From positions 3,480,001-3,512,000 of the forward strand of contig NC_014972.1 of NCBI RefSeq assembly GCF_000186885.1: a DNA stretch of 32,000 nucleotides. Direction: 5' to 3'. This DNA comes from Desulfobulbus propionicus DSM 2032. Lineage in GTDB: Bacteria > Desulfobacterota > Desulfobulbia > Desulfobulbales > Desulfobulbaceae. Within the stretch, counting starts at the first letter, position 1, and the number at the start of each line of letters is the position of its first letter. The translations under genes and the position numbers were made by a program. Shown here piece by piece: positions 1 through 9,744 of this stretch. The notes beneath the pieces were generated by a model. It was not told the origin of the DNA and searched no databases. It worked only from the letters and a program-made list of their open reading frames with translations.

Positions 1-28
1 GGCGGTTTTTCCCCGGCCCCTCCCGTCA

Positions 29-808
29 TCAACGGTACTCGTGGGAAAAGGAGGCGTCGTAGAGTTTGGAGGCGATGTGGCTGTCCTCGCCCAGGGCCGG
101 GCCGACCACGATCATGGCCGTCTTCTTGATCCGCGAGGCCTGGATGTGGGCCGCGATGTCGTCGAGGCGGCCACGGACAATCTGCTGATCCGGCCAACTG
201 GCCCGCTCGACCACGGCGATCGGGGTCTCGGGCGCATAGCCGCCGCTGATCAGGTCATCGACCACGGTGGCGATCAGCGACACGCTGAGAAAGATGCACA
301 TGGTCGCCTGGGCGCGGGCCAGGTTGCGCAGCGATTCGCGCTCCGGCACCGGCGTGCGGCCTGCCTGGCGGGTGAAGATCACCGTCTGGGTGACCTCGGG
401 CACGGTCAGCTCGACCTTGAGGGCAGCGGCGCTGGCAAAGGCCGAACTCACCCCGGGCACCACCTCGTAGGGAATCCCCTGGGCATCGAGCCACTGCATC
501 TGTTCACGGATGGCGCCGTAGATGGCCGGGTCGCCGGTGTGCAGCCGCACCACGCGCAACCCTTGGCGATAGCCATCGGCCAGCAACTGCATGATCGTGT
601 CCAGATCGAGGCTGGCGCTGTCGTGGCAGCGGGCCGCAATGCCGTCGAGCAGGGCGGGGTTGACCAGACTGCCGGCATAGACGACCACATCGGCCTGATC
701 CAGCAGGCGGCGGCCCTTGAGGGTGATCAGTTCCGGGTCCCCAGGGCCGGCGCCGAGAAAGACTACCGGATGGAGAACCGCATCAAGCGGTGAGGGCGTT
801 GCGTTCAT
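29..808 (-). CDS. cbiF: Cobalt-precorrin-4 / precorrin-4 C11-methyltransferase
   Basis: Tetrapyrrole methylase motifs VVFLGAGPGDPELITLKGRRLL, HTGDPAIYGA and YEVVPGVSSAFA; sits in a cobalamin operon. Confidence 0.93.
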   Translation of the reverse strand: MNATPSPLDAVLHPVVFLGAGPGDPELITLKGRRLLDQADVVVYAGSLVNPALLDGIAARCHDSASLDLDTIMQLLADGYRQGLRVVRLHTGDPAIYGAIREQMQWLDAQGIPYEVVPGVSSAFASAAALKVELTVPEVTQTVIFTRQAGRTPVPERESLRNLARAQATMCIFLSVSLIATVVDDLISGGYAPETPIAVVERASWPDQQIVRGRLDDIAAHIQASRIKKTAMIVVGPALGEDSHIASKLYDASFSHEYR

Positions 809-1571
809 TGGACACCTGTACCTTTTTTTTACGGATCACCATGGTGGAGAAATAGTGCAGTGTGCACCCCCGGGCCTGGCGGATATCGGTGTAGACCCGT
901 TCCTCGGGCATGCCTGAACGCTCGATCAGCACCGCGCAGTCCACCAACCCCAACTCCTCCAGCAGGTCGATCAGGACATCGAGCCGTTTGTGCACCTTCA
1001 TCAGTACCACCGCATCGAGGGTGGTGAGGATGGAACGCAAGCGGTCGTCTTCAAAGGCGGCCGGGACCACGGCCAAGACATCGTCGCCCAGGGCCAGCGG
1101 ACTGGCCTGGGAGGCGGCGCAGGCGGCCATGGCGGTGATGCCCGGCACCACGGTCACCGGTATCTGCGGCCGCTGTTCTTGGATCATGGCCAGCAGATAG
1201 AAGGCGGTGGAGTAAAGGGTGGCATCGCCCAGGGTGGGAAAGGCCACGTCCGAACCCCGGTCGAGATGGCGGATGACCTCGTCGGCCGACTGCCGCCAGG
1301 CTGAGAGCAGTTGTGCGTCGGTGTCCTGGCCGAGAAAAACCTTTTTCATCGGAAAGCAGAGCGACAGGATGGTGCGGCCGGTATCGGGCACCATCTGTTC
1401 GGCGATCTGCTGGGCGCTGCTCAGCCCCTTTTCCCGGGCCGTGGGCACGGCCCAGACCTTGGCGTCGCTCAGGATGCGCACCGCCTTGTAGGTCATGAGT
1501 TCCGGGTCGCCGGGACCCACTCCGACCAGATAAAGATGGCCGGTTTGCGCGGAGGAGTTGTCGCTCTTCAT
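783..1571 (-). CDS. cbiL: Cobalt-precorrin-2 C20-methyltransferase
   Basis: LYLVGVGPGDPELMTYKAVRIL, TLGDATLYSTAFYLL and VTVVPGITAMAACAA motifs; overlaps cbiF by 26 bp. Confidence 0.92.
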   Translation of the reverse strand: MKSDNSSAQTGHLYLVGVGPGDPELMTYKAVRILSDAKVWAVPTAREKGLSSAQQIAEQMVPDTGRTILSLCFPMKKVFLGQDTDAQLLSAWRQSADEVIRHLDRGSDVAFPTLGDATLYSTAFYLLAMIQEQRPQIPVTVVPGITAMAACAASQASPLALGDDVLAVVPAAFEDDRLRSILTTLDAVVLMKVHKRLDVLIDLLEELGLVDCAVLIERSGMPEERVYTDIRQARGCTLHYFSTMVIRKKKVQVSNERNALTA

Positions 1572-2779
1572 TTGTCGCCTGTGATGAGGGTTATGGGGTT
1601 GAAGACTCGTGGTTCGCTGTCCGGGGACAGACGCCGGTTCACGGCCAGGGTACTGCTCGCCACCCGCAGGCCCAGCCGCTGCAGGGCGGCCAGGGCCGTG
1701 GTTTCGGTCTGCTCCAGCACGGCGTTGACCACGATGCGGCCGCCTGCGGCCAGTCGGGCCACCGCCGCTTCGAGGATCGGTTCCAGTCGCTGGCCGCTGC
1801 CGCCGATGAAGATCCGATCCGGTGCGGGCAGGTTGGCCAAGGCATCGGGCGCCTCGCCGCTGACCAAGTGGATGGCATAGGCGCCGTAGCGCCGGATGTT
1901 GGCGCGGATGTTGGCCTGCTCCTCGGGTTTTTTCTCGATGGTGTGGATCGAGAGGTCAGGGCACATCCGGGCCGCTTCCAGTGATACCGAGCCGGAACCG
2001 CCGCCAATATCCCAGAAAACGCCGGTGGCCGGCAACCGCAGCCGGTGCAGGGTGGCGGCGCGGACCTCGTCCTTGGTGATCAAGCCGCGCGAATGGAGGA
2101 TCTCGTCCTCGCGCAGGCCAAAGCAGAGGTCTGCCGCTGATGGTTGCGGCTGCTCGATCAGCATCATGTTGAGGGCGGAAAAATGGCCGGCCGCGATCTC
2201 TGCCAAGCTGCCGCTGGTCAGCCGTTCGTCGGCCAGGCCGAGATTTTCCGCCACCCGGATGCGAATGGCGGCAATGCGCTCGCGGTCTTCGCAGGCGGTG
2301 AGCGCGTTCAGCAGGGTGGCCGCCACCCGGTCCGGACTGTTGCGGCTGTCGGTGAACAGCATCATTGGCCCGCGACCGAGGATGCGGCCGGCAAGGTCCT
2401 GCACCGTGCGCCCGTGGAGGCTGAGCAGGGTCAGGTCGTCCCAGGGAAGGCGGAAGCGGGCGCAAGCCAGCTGCACGGCGGACAGCGCCGGATGAATGCG
2501 GAGGCGGTCCGCACCGAAGCGGGCGATCAGGGTGCGGCCGATGCCGTAGAACAGGGGATCGCCGCTGGCCAACACCGCCACGTCGCCGTCGATGAGTGCC
2601 GTATCCACCTGGTGCAGCATGGCATCGACCGGAGCGATGTCGATCAGGGGATGGAGCAGGCCGGCCACCAGCGGCCGGTGGCGGCGGGAGGCGACGATGG
2701 CGCGGCAGCGGCGCAGGATGGGCCACTGCTCGCTGTTCAAGGCCTTGCCGCTAATACCGATCAGTTCAATCCGTGACAT
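1568..2779 (-). CDS. cbiET: Fused precorrin-6Y C5,15-methyltransferase (decarboxylating), CbiE-CbiT type
   Basis: N-terminal methylase domain with LASGDPLFYGIGRTL, then a CbiT-like SAM domain (GVFWDIGGGSGSVSLEAARM, RIFIGGSG); 403 aa. Confidence 0.92.
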   Translation of the reverse strand: MSRIELIGISGKALNSEQWPILRRCRAIVASRRHRPLVAGLLHPLIDIAPVDAMLHQVDTALIDGDVAVLASGDPLFYGIGRTLIARFGADRLRIHPALSAVQLACARFRLPWDDLTLLSLHGRTVQDLAGRILGRGPMMLFTDSRNSPDRVAATLLNALTACEDRERIAAIRIRVAENLGLADERLTSGSLAEIAAGHFSALNMMLIEQPQPSAADLCFGLREDEILHSRGLITKDEVRAATLHRLRLPATGVFWDIGGGSGSVSLEAARMCPDLSIHTIEKKPEEQANIRANIRRYGAYAIHLVSGEAPDALANLPAPDRIFIGGSGQRLEPILEAAVARLAAGGRIVVNAVLEQTETTALAALQRLGLRVASSTLAVNRRLSPDSEPRVFNPITLITGDK

Positions 2780-3860
2780 GGACCACTCCCTCCTCCGAGG
2801 TCACCAGATAGACGCGCACCTCCAGGCCGGACCAGCGTTCGGCTTGGGTCTTGGCCCGACGGCAGACGGCGGTGATCAGATCGTCCCGGCCCCATTCCTT
2901 GAGTCGATCATAGATCTCCCGAGCCGTGTTGGCCGCGTGCAAGGTGGCAACGGCGGCTGTTTCCAGTCCGAGTTCTGCCAGCAGGTCGGCGGCCTGCCGT
3001 GTTTCCAGGGCACCGTTGCGCACATGGGTCTGGGGTACGGCCAGGGCCGCCTTGACCAGTTTGGCCCACATCTCGGCCAAATGGATGCGGGCAAAACCGT
3101 GTCGCCGGGCAGCCTCCAGGGCATAGAGCAGATAGTCGCCCATCATTACCTGGGTCTCCTCCGGGAGACCGAGCCGATGCTGCACCGCCGCCTCCGAGGT
3201 CCGGCCGGTGGCCAGGATCACCTCGGAGAGGCCGGCCGCCCGGGCTACCTGCATCGAGGCCTCGATGGTGTCGGTCCAGGCCTTGGCGGAAACGGGCCGG
3301 ACGATGCCGGTGGTGCCGAGGATGGACAGACCGCCGATCACCCCCAGCCGCCGGTTGAGAGTCTTCTCGGCCAGGGCCTCGCCGTCGCGGACAAAGATCG
3401 ACACCTCCACGGGGCGGAGCGGGCCCTCGTCGGCGGCCAGGGCTTCCGCCACTGCGGCCCGGATCATCTGCCGGGGCACGGGATTGATCGCCGGTTCGCC
3501 CACCGCGACCGGCAAGCCGGGCTTGGTCACCCGCCCAACACCCGGGCCGTTGACCAGCGTGATCGGCTCGTCCTGCGACTCGTCCAGCCAGCGGACCTCG
3601 GCCCCGATCTCCGCACCGTTGGTCACATCCGGGTCATCGCCCGCATCCTTGACCACCGTGGCCATGATCCGCTCCCCGTCGGTACGTCCAACGCGGCACA
3701 GGGCAAAACGGTGGCGCGAGCCGTCGGGAAAAGGAATTTCCACCGTCTGGGGTGTGTCCTGCCCCAGCAGGCAGAGCACCGCCGCCTTGGCCGCCGCCGC
3801 CGCACAGGCACCGGTGGTGTAGCCGCTGCGCAGCGCTTTTCGTTGCGAAGGTCGCTCCAT
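2766..3860 (-). CDS. cbiD: Cobalt-precorrin-5B (C1)-methyltransferase CbiD
   Basis: LRSGYTTGACAAAAAKAA start and GPGVGRVTKPGL motif; marker of the anaerobic pathway. Confidence 0.94.
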   Translation of the reverse strand: MERPSQRKALRSGYTTGACAAAAAKAAVLCLLGQDTPQTVEIPFPDGSRHRFALCRVGRTDGERIMATVVKDAGDDPDVTNGAEIGAEVRWLDESQDEPITLVNGPGVGRVTKPGLPVAVGEPAINPVPRQMIRAAVAEALAADEGPLRPVEVSIFVRDGEALAEKTLNRRLGVIGGLSILGTTGIVRPVSAKAWTDTIEASMQVARAAGLSEVILATGRTSEAAVQHRLGLPEETQVMMGDYLLYALEAARRHGFARIHLAEMWAKLVKAALAVPQTHVRNGALETRQAADLLAELGLETAAVATLHAANTAREIYDRLKEWGRDDLITAVCRRAKTQAERWSGLEVRVYLVTSEEGVVHVTD

Positions 3861-3866
3861 GGTCCG

Positions 3867-4487
3867 TCAAGCCAGACGCAGCAGGGCGTTGACCGCGGCC
3901 ACCGCCACCGGCGTGCCGCCCTTGCGGCCCAGGGCGGTGATGAAGGGATAGGGTTTTGCCGCCAGCAGTTCCTTGGATTCGGCCGCGTTGACAAAGCCCA
4001 CCGGCACGCCGATCACCAGGTCCGGGGCAAAGAGCCCTTGGTCGATCAGTTCCATCACCTTGAGCAGGGCGGTCGGCGCGTTGCCCACGGCGACGATGCC
4101 GATATTGTCGTCGATGCTGCGGGCCATGGCCGCATCGGAGCGGGTGGTGCCGTTGGCCTTGGCCAGGGCCACGGTTTCCGCTTCCGCCACCCGGCAGATC
4201 ACCTGGCCGCCAAAACGGGCCAACAATCCCTTGGAAATACCGCTGGCACCCATGTTGACGTCGATGAGGATGTTCTTGCCGGCCCGGATGGCAGCCAATC
4301 CGGCGCTGATCGCCTGGGGATGAAACCGGAAGGTGTCGGCAAAGCCGAAATCGCCGGTGGCATGGATGGCGCGGCGGACCACGGCGAACTCCTCGGGCGA
4401 AAAGGTGGTGGGGCCGAGTTCACGCTCGATGATGCGAAAACTTTCGGTCTCGATATCCTGGGGGGCGATGGGTTGCAGGGTGACCAT
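3867..4487 (-). CDS. cbiC: Cobalt-precorrin-8 / precorrin-8X methylmutase
   Basis: RRAIHATGDFGFADTFRF, ILIDVNMGASGISK, GNAPTALLKVMELI and VGVPVGFVNAAESKELL motifs. Confidence 0.95.
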   Translation of the reverse strand: MVTLQPIAPQDIETESFRIIERELGPTTFSPEEFAVVRRAIHATGDFGFADTFRFHPQAISAGLAAIRAGKNILIDVNMGASGISKGLLARFGGQVICRVAEAETVALAKANGTTRSDAAMARSIDDNIGIVAVGNAPTALLKVMELIDQGLFAPDLVIGVPVGFVNAAESKELLAAKPYPFITALGRKGGTPVAVAAVNALLRLA

Positions 4488-4544
4488 GTTTATTCAGGTT
4501 GTTGAGTGATTAAGATCGTAAGGTGTTCCAGCAGTAAATTGCAG

Positions 4545-5906
4545 TCAAAATGGCTCTCGCCCACACCCGGCCTTCCGACAAGCCGCCACAAACCGCTCCG
4601 CCACCGCAGGCGTCCGGCCCCAGTGGAGGTGGATGTAGCCGGCCAGGGTGTTCTTGTGGACATGGCCTTCGGATGCCCCGTTTTCCATGCGGTAGGCGGC
4701 GGGTACATCGGCACCGTCGGCATCGATGGTCGAGTAATGAAATTCATGCCCGTGGAGCACCGTGCCCGCAGGCGCCAGCAGACAGTCGTGTTCGACCCTC
4801 GGCTGGCGGTAGCCCAGGCTGCGCAGCCGGGTCTGCATGCGGGCCACAAAGGGATAGACACCGATCATGGGGAAGCAGGCGCCCTCGTGATCCAAGATGG
4901 CGGCGCACAGGTACATGAAGCCGCCGCATTCGCCATAGACCGGACGGCCGCTGGCGGCAAAGGCCCAGATCTGTTCCCGCATGGTGCTGTTGGCGCTCAG
5001 CTGGCTGGCATGCAGTTCCGGATAGCCGCCGCCCAGGTAAAGGCCGTGCAGATCCGGCGGTAGGTCCGGATCGTGGAGCGGACTGAACAGCACCAGTTCG
5101 GCCCCGGCCTCGCGGAGCAGGTCGAGGTTGTCCTCGTAGTAGAAGCAGAAGGCCGCATCCCGGGCCACGCCGATCCGTACCGGCGAGCCGGTGGCCACCA
5201 GGGGGGCATCGGACACCGGTGGCACGTCCCTCCGTTCGCCGGCAATGCGGAGCAGCAGGTCCAGATCGAGGTGCTGCTCGACTAGATGGATCAACCGTTC
5301 CAGTCCCTCGCCGCGCAGCGGGTGTTCCTCGCCCATGTGCAACCCCAGGTGGCGGGAAGGGATGTGCACCTCCTCGCTGCGGGGGAGAAAGCCGATGATC
5401 GGCACCCGGCAGTGGGCCTGAAGGGCCGCGGCCACCATGTTCCGGTGCTTGTCCGAGCCGATCCGGTTGCAGATGATCCCGGCCAGGGAGAGGTCCGGAT
5501 CGAGGGTGGCAAAACCATGGGCCACGGCGGCCACGCTTTCCGCCGCCGAGCGGACATCGATCACCAGCAGAACCGGCAACTTGAGCGTTTTGGCCAGGGT
5601 GGCCGCCGACCCCTCGCCACCGTCAAACAGCCCCATCACCCCCTCGACCACGGCGCAGCCCTCGGAGGCACCGTGACGGGCAAAGGTGCGGCGGACCCAG
5701 TCAGCCCCGCACATGCGCACATCGAGGTTGCGCGACGCTCGTCCGGTGACCATGCGATGCAGGCTGGGGTCGATGAAGTCCGGGCCGCACTTGAACGGCT
5801 GGACCACGATACCCCGCCGGGCCAGGGCCGCCATCACCCCCAGGGTGACGGTGGTCTTGCCGCAACCCGAATGGGTGCCGGCGATGAGCACGGCCGGCCG
5901 GCTCAT
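4545..5906 (-). CDS. cbiA: Cobyrinate a,c-diamide synthase
   Basis: P-loop VLIAGTHSGCGKTTVTLGVMAAL, KCGPDFIDP, GVMGLFDG, and class I GATase GGGYPELHA with YGECGGFMYL. Confidence 0.95.
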   Translation of the reverse strand: MSRPAVLIAGTHSGCGKTTVTLGVMAALARRGIVVQPFKCGPDFIDPSLHRMVTGRASRNLDVRMCGADWVRRTFARHGASEGCAVVEGVMGLFDGGEGSAATLAKTLKLPVLLVIDVRSAAESVAAVAHGFATLDPDLSLAGIICNRIGSDKHRNMVAAALQAHCRVPIIGFLPRSEEVHIPSRHLGLHMGEEHPLRGEGLERLIHLVEQHLDLDLLLRIAGERRDVPPVSDAPLVATGSPVRIGVARDAAFCFYYEDNLDLLREAGAELVLFSPLHDPDLPPDLHGLYLGGGYPELHASQLSANSTMREQIWAFAASGRPVYGECGGFMYLCAAILDHEGACFPMIGVYPFVARMQTRLRSLGYRQPRVEHDCLLAPAGTVLHGHEFHYSTIDADGADVPAAYRMENGASEGHVHKNTLAGYIHLHWGRTPAVAERFVAACRKAGCGREPF

Positions 5907-6823
5907 AGGCGGGTGATGCCTTCCTGACCGTAATCCGGGTAGAGCAGCGACTTGACGAAGCCGATGCCGTCGAGCAGCCCCAGGGTCGGCCGTGAGACCA
6001 TCTCTTCATCGACTAGGAACACTTGGCGCTCGCGCACCGCCTTGATCAGATAAAAACCCGGTTCCTTGACAATGTCATCGACGCTCACCGGATTCATCCG
6101 CCCGGACTGGGCCAGATAAAGGTCGATCTGCTCGGCCTTGGCCAGGATGCGCTCCTTGCCGTAAGCGGCGATATTGGTCTCGCGCATCCGCTCGGCATCG
6201 GTGGCGATGTTGACCCCGCCCGCCGACTCGAGCACGAACATGGCCATGGAAGTGGGGGCAAAGGTCTTCATCTGCTTGTGGATGGCCTCGAAGTAGACCC
6301 GTTTGCGTTTCTCCATCGGAATATCCTTCAGCGAGGCGGTGATTTCGGCCAACCGGGTGCCAAAAGTCTCGATCATGGCCTTGGCCTGGGCTTCCCGGCC
6401 GGTGAGCTTGCCCAGGTTCTCCCAGTAGACGAACAGCCCGCTGGCTTCGGTCGGCTGCAAGGACACGACGCGGACATTGTTTTTTTCGAGGATGCGCACC
6501 AGGTTGGGGTAGCCACGGCTGATCATCGGCCGAATCAGCACCAAATCGGGTTTGAGTGCCAACAGTCGTTCGGGATCGTCCTGGAACTGGACCACCGGCC
6601 GGCCGGGCAACCCGGCGTCGCTGGGGCCGCAGGCCACGATTTCCTTGTCCAAGCCGAGTTCGAGCAGATTGGTGGTGTGGGCCGGATAGAGGGAGATGAT
6701 GCGTTTGAAGGGCTGGTTGAAGACCAGGGTCCGATGCTCGCTGTCGGTGATCGAAGCGGCCGATGCCACGGAAACGAGGAGAAAGACAAGGCACTGGACG
6801 AAAAGCAAGACGTTGATGCGCAT
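5903..6823 (-). CDS. Periplasmic binding protein of FecB/BtuF type (corrinoid, siderophore or metal ABC transporter)
   Basis: N-terminal signal sequence, then FKRIISLYPAHTTNLLELGLDKEIVACG; DLVLIRP; adjacent to FecCD permease and ATPase genes. Confidence 0.85.
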   Translation of the reverse strand: MRINVLLFVQCLVFLLVSVASAASITDSEHRTLVFNQPFKRIISLYPAHTTNLLELGLDKEIVACGPSDAGLPGRPVVQFQDDPERLLALKPDLVLIRPMISRGYPNLVRILEKNNVRVVSLQPTEASGLFVYWENLGKLTGREAQAKAMIETFGTRLAEITASLKDIPMEKRKRVYFEAIHKQMKTFAPTSMAMFVLESAGGVNIATDAERMRETNIAAYGKERILAKAEQIDLYLAQSGRMNPVSVDDIVKEPGFYLIKAVRERQVFLVDEEMVSRPTLGLLDGIGFVKSLLYPDYGQEGITRL

Positions 6824-6841
6824 GGGTCGGGTGGGTTGAGG

Positions 6842-7660
6842 TTAGCGGTTGAGCGGCAGGCGAAAACTCACCTGACGACTGTTGGTGAAGGCGTTGGACC
6901 GAACCTCGGCCTCGACGCCGTACACGGCTTCAATGTTTTCCGGCGTCAGCACCTCCTCGGTCGGTCCCTGGCAGACCACCTGCCCCTGTTTGAGGAAGAT
7001 CAGCCGGTCACAGAAGAACGAGGCCAGGTTGAGGTCGTGCATGACCGCCACCACCTGCATCCCCTGCCGCTCGAAGCGGCCGCGGATCAGATGCAGGATC
7101 TCCAGGCTGTGGTGGATGTCGAGATTGGAGGTGGCCTCATCGAGCAGGAGCACCGCCGGTTTCTGGGCCAGGGCCCGGGCCACGGCCACCCGCTGTTTTT
7201 CGCCGCCCGACAAGCGGGTGACCGGCCGGTTGGCCAGGGCGGCGATGCCGGTGGCCTCCAGGGCCTCGTCGACCAGGACCTGGTCGGTTTCGCTGGGGGC
7301 GGCAAAGCGATGGAGGTGCGGATGCAGGCCCATCTCCACCACCTCGCGCACCGAATAGCCGAAGCGGACCATGAAATCCTGGGGCACCAGAGCCAGCTGT
7401 CGGGCGAGCTGCTTGCGCGGCCAGACATGGAGGGGGCGGCCCATGAACTCGATCATCCCCGAGTGCGGCATCAGCAGGCCGCCCATCAGGTCGAGCAGGG
7501 TGGTCTTGCCGCTGCCGTTGGGGCCGAGGATACCGTAACAGCAGCCACGGCGCAACTCCAGGCTGACATCGCATACCACCGGTGTCCCGTTGTAGCCGAA
7601 GTTAACCTTGGTCAGCGACCAGAGCAGTTCGCCTGATGGTTCAGAAATCGCTCTTGCCAT
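6842..7660 (-). CDS. FecCD-family ABC transporter ATP-binding protein
   Basis: Walker A GPNGSGKTTLLD, signature LSGGEKQRVAVARALAQ, Walker B LLLDEATSNLD, H-loop VMHD. Confidence 0.94.
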   Translation of the reverse strand: MARAISEPSGELLWSLTKVNFGYNGTPVVCDVSLELRRGCCYGILGPNGSGKTTLLDLMGGLLMPHSGMIEFMGRPLHVWPRKQLARQLALVPQDFMVRFGYSVREVVEMGLHPHLHRFAAPSETDQVLVDEALEATGIAALANRPVTRLSGGEKQRVAVARALAQKPAVLLLDEATSNLDIHHSLEILHLIRGRFERQGMQVVAVMHDLNLASFFCDRLIFLKQGQVVCQGPTEEVLTPENIEAVYGVEAEVRSNAFTNSRQVSFRLPLNR

Positions 7661-8681
7661 CCTGCTGTCGTCTCTTGAAAAGGATACAGAAGAAGGGGCC
7701 GCCCAGCAGCGCGGTGAGCACGCCGATCGGCACCTCCACCGGCAGCACCGCGCGGGTGAGGGTATCGGCGATCAGCAGCAACAGGCCGCCGGTGAAGAAG
7801 GACAGGGGAATCAACAGCCGGTTGTCCGGGCCGACCAGGTGGCGCAGCATGTGCGGCACGATCAGGCCGACAAAGCCGATGATTCCGGACACCGAGACTG
7901 CCAGCGCGGTCATCAGGGTGGCCACGGTGAGCAGGAGGGTACGCAGGCGGACGGTGTTGATGCCCAGCGAGGTGGCGGCCCGGTCGCCGGTGGCCATGAT
8001 ATTGAGATCGCGGCTGTAAAACACGCCCACCAGGGTGCCCAACAGGGCCGTGGGGGCCAGGAGGAGGATGTTCTGCCACGAGGCGCCGGCGAGGCTGCCC
8101 ATCAGCCAAAAAATGATCAAGCCGACCTGTTCGTCGGCCAGGAATTTAAGAAAACCGATGGCCGCCGACAGGATGGCGGCAACGATGACCCCGGCCAGGA
8201 TCAGGCTGGTCGAGGAGAGCCGCCGGTCGCCCGCGGCAAGAAAGAGCACCACCGCCAGCGTGCCCACGCCGCCGCCAAAGGCGAATACCGGAATGGTGAC
8301 CCCGGGCGGCAGGGCCAGACCGAAGATCTGGAGGACGATCACCAGCGAGGCGCCGAAGGCGGCGCCGGTGGAGATGCCCAGGGTGTAGGAGTCGGCCAGG
8401 GGATTGAGGAGGATGGCCTGGAAAACGGCGCCGCTGACCCCCAGCAAGCCGCCAACCAACACCGAGGCCAGAATCCGGGGCATGCGCACGTCGGCGACCA
8501 CGGTGGCGGCCACCGGATCAACAGCCGGCGGCATGGTGTGGCCGGCGAGTTTAGCCCAGAGGATGGCGAACACGTCCGGAATGGAGACGTCAAGGAAGCC
8601 GAGGGTGGCGGACAGGGCCACGGCAAAGACCAGCAACACGGTCAGCGGCAGCAGCCAGGTGGCGGCGGTCCGGCCATTCAT
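7641..8681 (-). CDS. FecCD-family ABC transporter permease
   Basis: Multi-TM protein with RMPRILASVLVGGLLGVSGAVFQAILLNPLADSYTLGISTGAAFGA and GIIGFVGLIVPHMLRHLVGPDNRLLIPLS. Confidence 0.94.
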   Translation of the reverse strand: MNGRTAATWLLPLTVLLVFAVALSATLGFLDVSIPDVFAILWAKLAGHTMPPAVDPVAATVVADVRMPRILASVLVGGLLGVSGAVFQAILLNPLADSYTLGISTGAAFGASLVIVLQIFGLALPPGVTIPVFAFGGGVGTLAVVLFLAAGDRRLSSTSLILAGVIVAAILSAAIGFLKFLADEQVGLIIFWLMGSLAGASWQNILLLAPTALLGTLVGVFYSRDLNIMATGDRAATSLGINTVRLRTLLLTVATLMTALAVSVSGIIGFVGLIVPHMLRHLVGPDNRLLIPLSFFTGGLLLLIADTLTRAVLPVEVPIGVLTALLGGPFFCILFKRRQQDGKSDF

Positions 8682-9583
8682 CAGTGCAGGTCCACTCCGG
8701 CCTCGGCCGCGGCTTGGGCGGCATGATCAACGAAAATCCGGGCCACGGCAGGCTGCTCGCCCAGCCCTTGAAGCGCTGAGAGCACCTCGAACCCCGCGCG
8801 GACGAGGATCGATCGCCAGGAATCCTCCTGCGGTCCGATCAGGTCGCGGGTGGCATGCTCGCCGGCAACAAGAAGAAAGGGTTTGAGAAGCACACGCCGC
8901 TGTCCATGGAGCCGCAGATCGCCCACCACCTGGTCCAGGGCCGGAAACCCCTCGACCGTGGCGATCAGGGTCAGGACATCGGCATAGAGTTCGCGCATAC
9001 GGGCGGCAAACTCCAAATAGAGGCCGCCGGAAGGAAAGTAGTGGTTGCCGTGGCCCATGTAGACCAGGGCCGCGCCGTGGCTGCGCGCCAACTCGGCATC
9101 GCTGGCCAGGGCCCGGGCGGCGATGCGAATGTCGTCGGCATAAGCGTGTTTGAGGCTGTAGGCACCGAGCAGCGGCCGGCCCAGGCCGATGGCCGTGAAA
9201 GGCTGCCAGCGCGGCTTCATGGTCCGAATCGAGCGCAGGCCATGAACATAGGACGCCAGGTCGTGGAACTCCTCGGCCGGGGCGATGTGAGTCGACTGGA
9301 CCACCAGGGCAGTATGGCCCCGGTCTTGGAGATTGGCGATGGTGGCCAGGATGCCCTGGACTTCGAGAATTTCCAGCGGTATTTCGGGATGTTCGACTCG
9401 GTAGGCGGGATTGGCGGCACGCTGGTGCCAGATGCGGCGGATCTGGTTGGAAGTGAAGGCCAGACGCACCGGAGTGCGGGGATAGGCGGCCTCCATGGCG
9501 GTCTTGATCGCCAGCAGCCCTTGCAGGGCCGGTTCCACCGTTGTTCCGAACATGGCCAGGACAATGGCCTCGCTCTGCTGCAC
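8681..9583 (-). CDS. cbiK: Sirohydrochlorin cobaltochelatase CbiK
   Basis: IVLAMFGTTVEPAL near the N-terminus, VQSTHIAPAEEFHDL, VYMGHGNHYFPSGGLY (metal-binding His region); GTG start with upstream GGAGGA; no signal peptide. Confidence 0.9.
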   Translation of the reverse strand: MQQSEAIVLAMFGTTVEPALQGLLAIKTAMEAAYPRTPVRLAFTSNQIRRIWHQRAANPAYRVEHPEIPLEILEVQGILATIANLQDRGHTALVVQSTHIAPAEEFHDLASYVHGLRSIRTMKPRWQPFTAIGLGRPLLGAYSLKHAYADDIRIAARALASDAELARSHGAALVYMGHGNHYFPSGGLYLEFAARMRELYADVLTLIATVEGFPALDQVVGDLRLHGQRRVLLKPFLLVAGEHATRDLIGPQEDSWRSILVRAGFEVLSALQGLGEQPAVARIFVDHAAQAAAEAGVDLH

Positions 9584-9603
9584 CGTGTGCTCCTCCAGCG
9601 GTC

Positions 9604-9647
9604 AAAAAAACAGCACCGGCCGGCACGTTCCAACACACGGCCGATGC
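9604..9647 (-). terminator. Candidate rho-independent terminator (second of two) in the cbiK leader
   Basis: Minus strand GCATCGGCC-loop17-GGCCGGTGC (9 bp, one G.U), followed by TGTTTTTTT. Confidence 0.6.
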
Positions 9648-9664
9648 CCCTTTGCCGGCCCGAC

Positions 9665-9700
9665 AAAAAAAATCCCGGACCCGCACGTCTGATCCAGGAT
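9665..9700 (-). terminator. Candidate rho-independent terminator (first), a plausible riboswitch expression platform
   Basis: Minus strand ATCCTGGA-TCAGACGTGCGGG-TCCGGGAT (8 bp, one G.U), followed directly by a run of T. Confidence 0.7.
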
Positions 9701-9744
9701 GTCCCTTGTTTACCGCTGGAGTCTGCAACCCGTCTTGTCGCCGC

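Noticed and set aside
2592-4505. 637-aa + strand ORF antisense to cbiET/cbiD/cbiC
   Set aside because: Spans several well-supported minus-strand genes; composition typical of antisense translation, no motifs.
6023-7636. 537-aa + strand ORF antisense to the ABC transporter genes
   Set aside because: Fully opposite to an ATPase with intact Walker/signature motifs and a binding protein; no domain seen.
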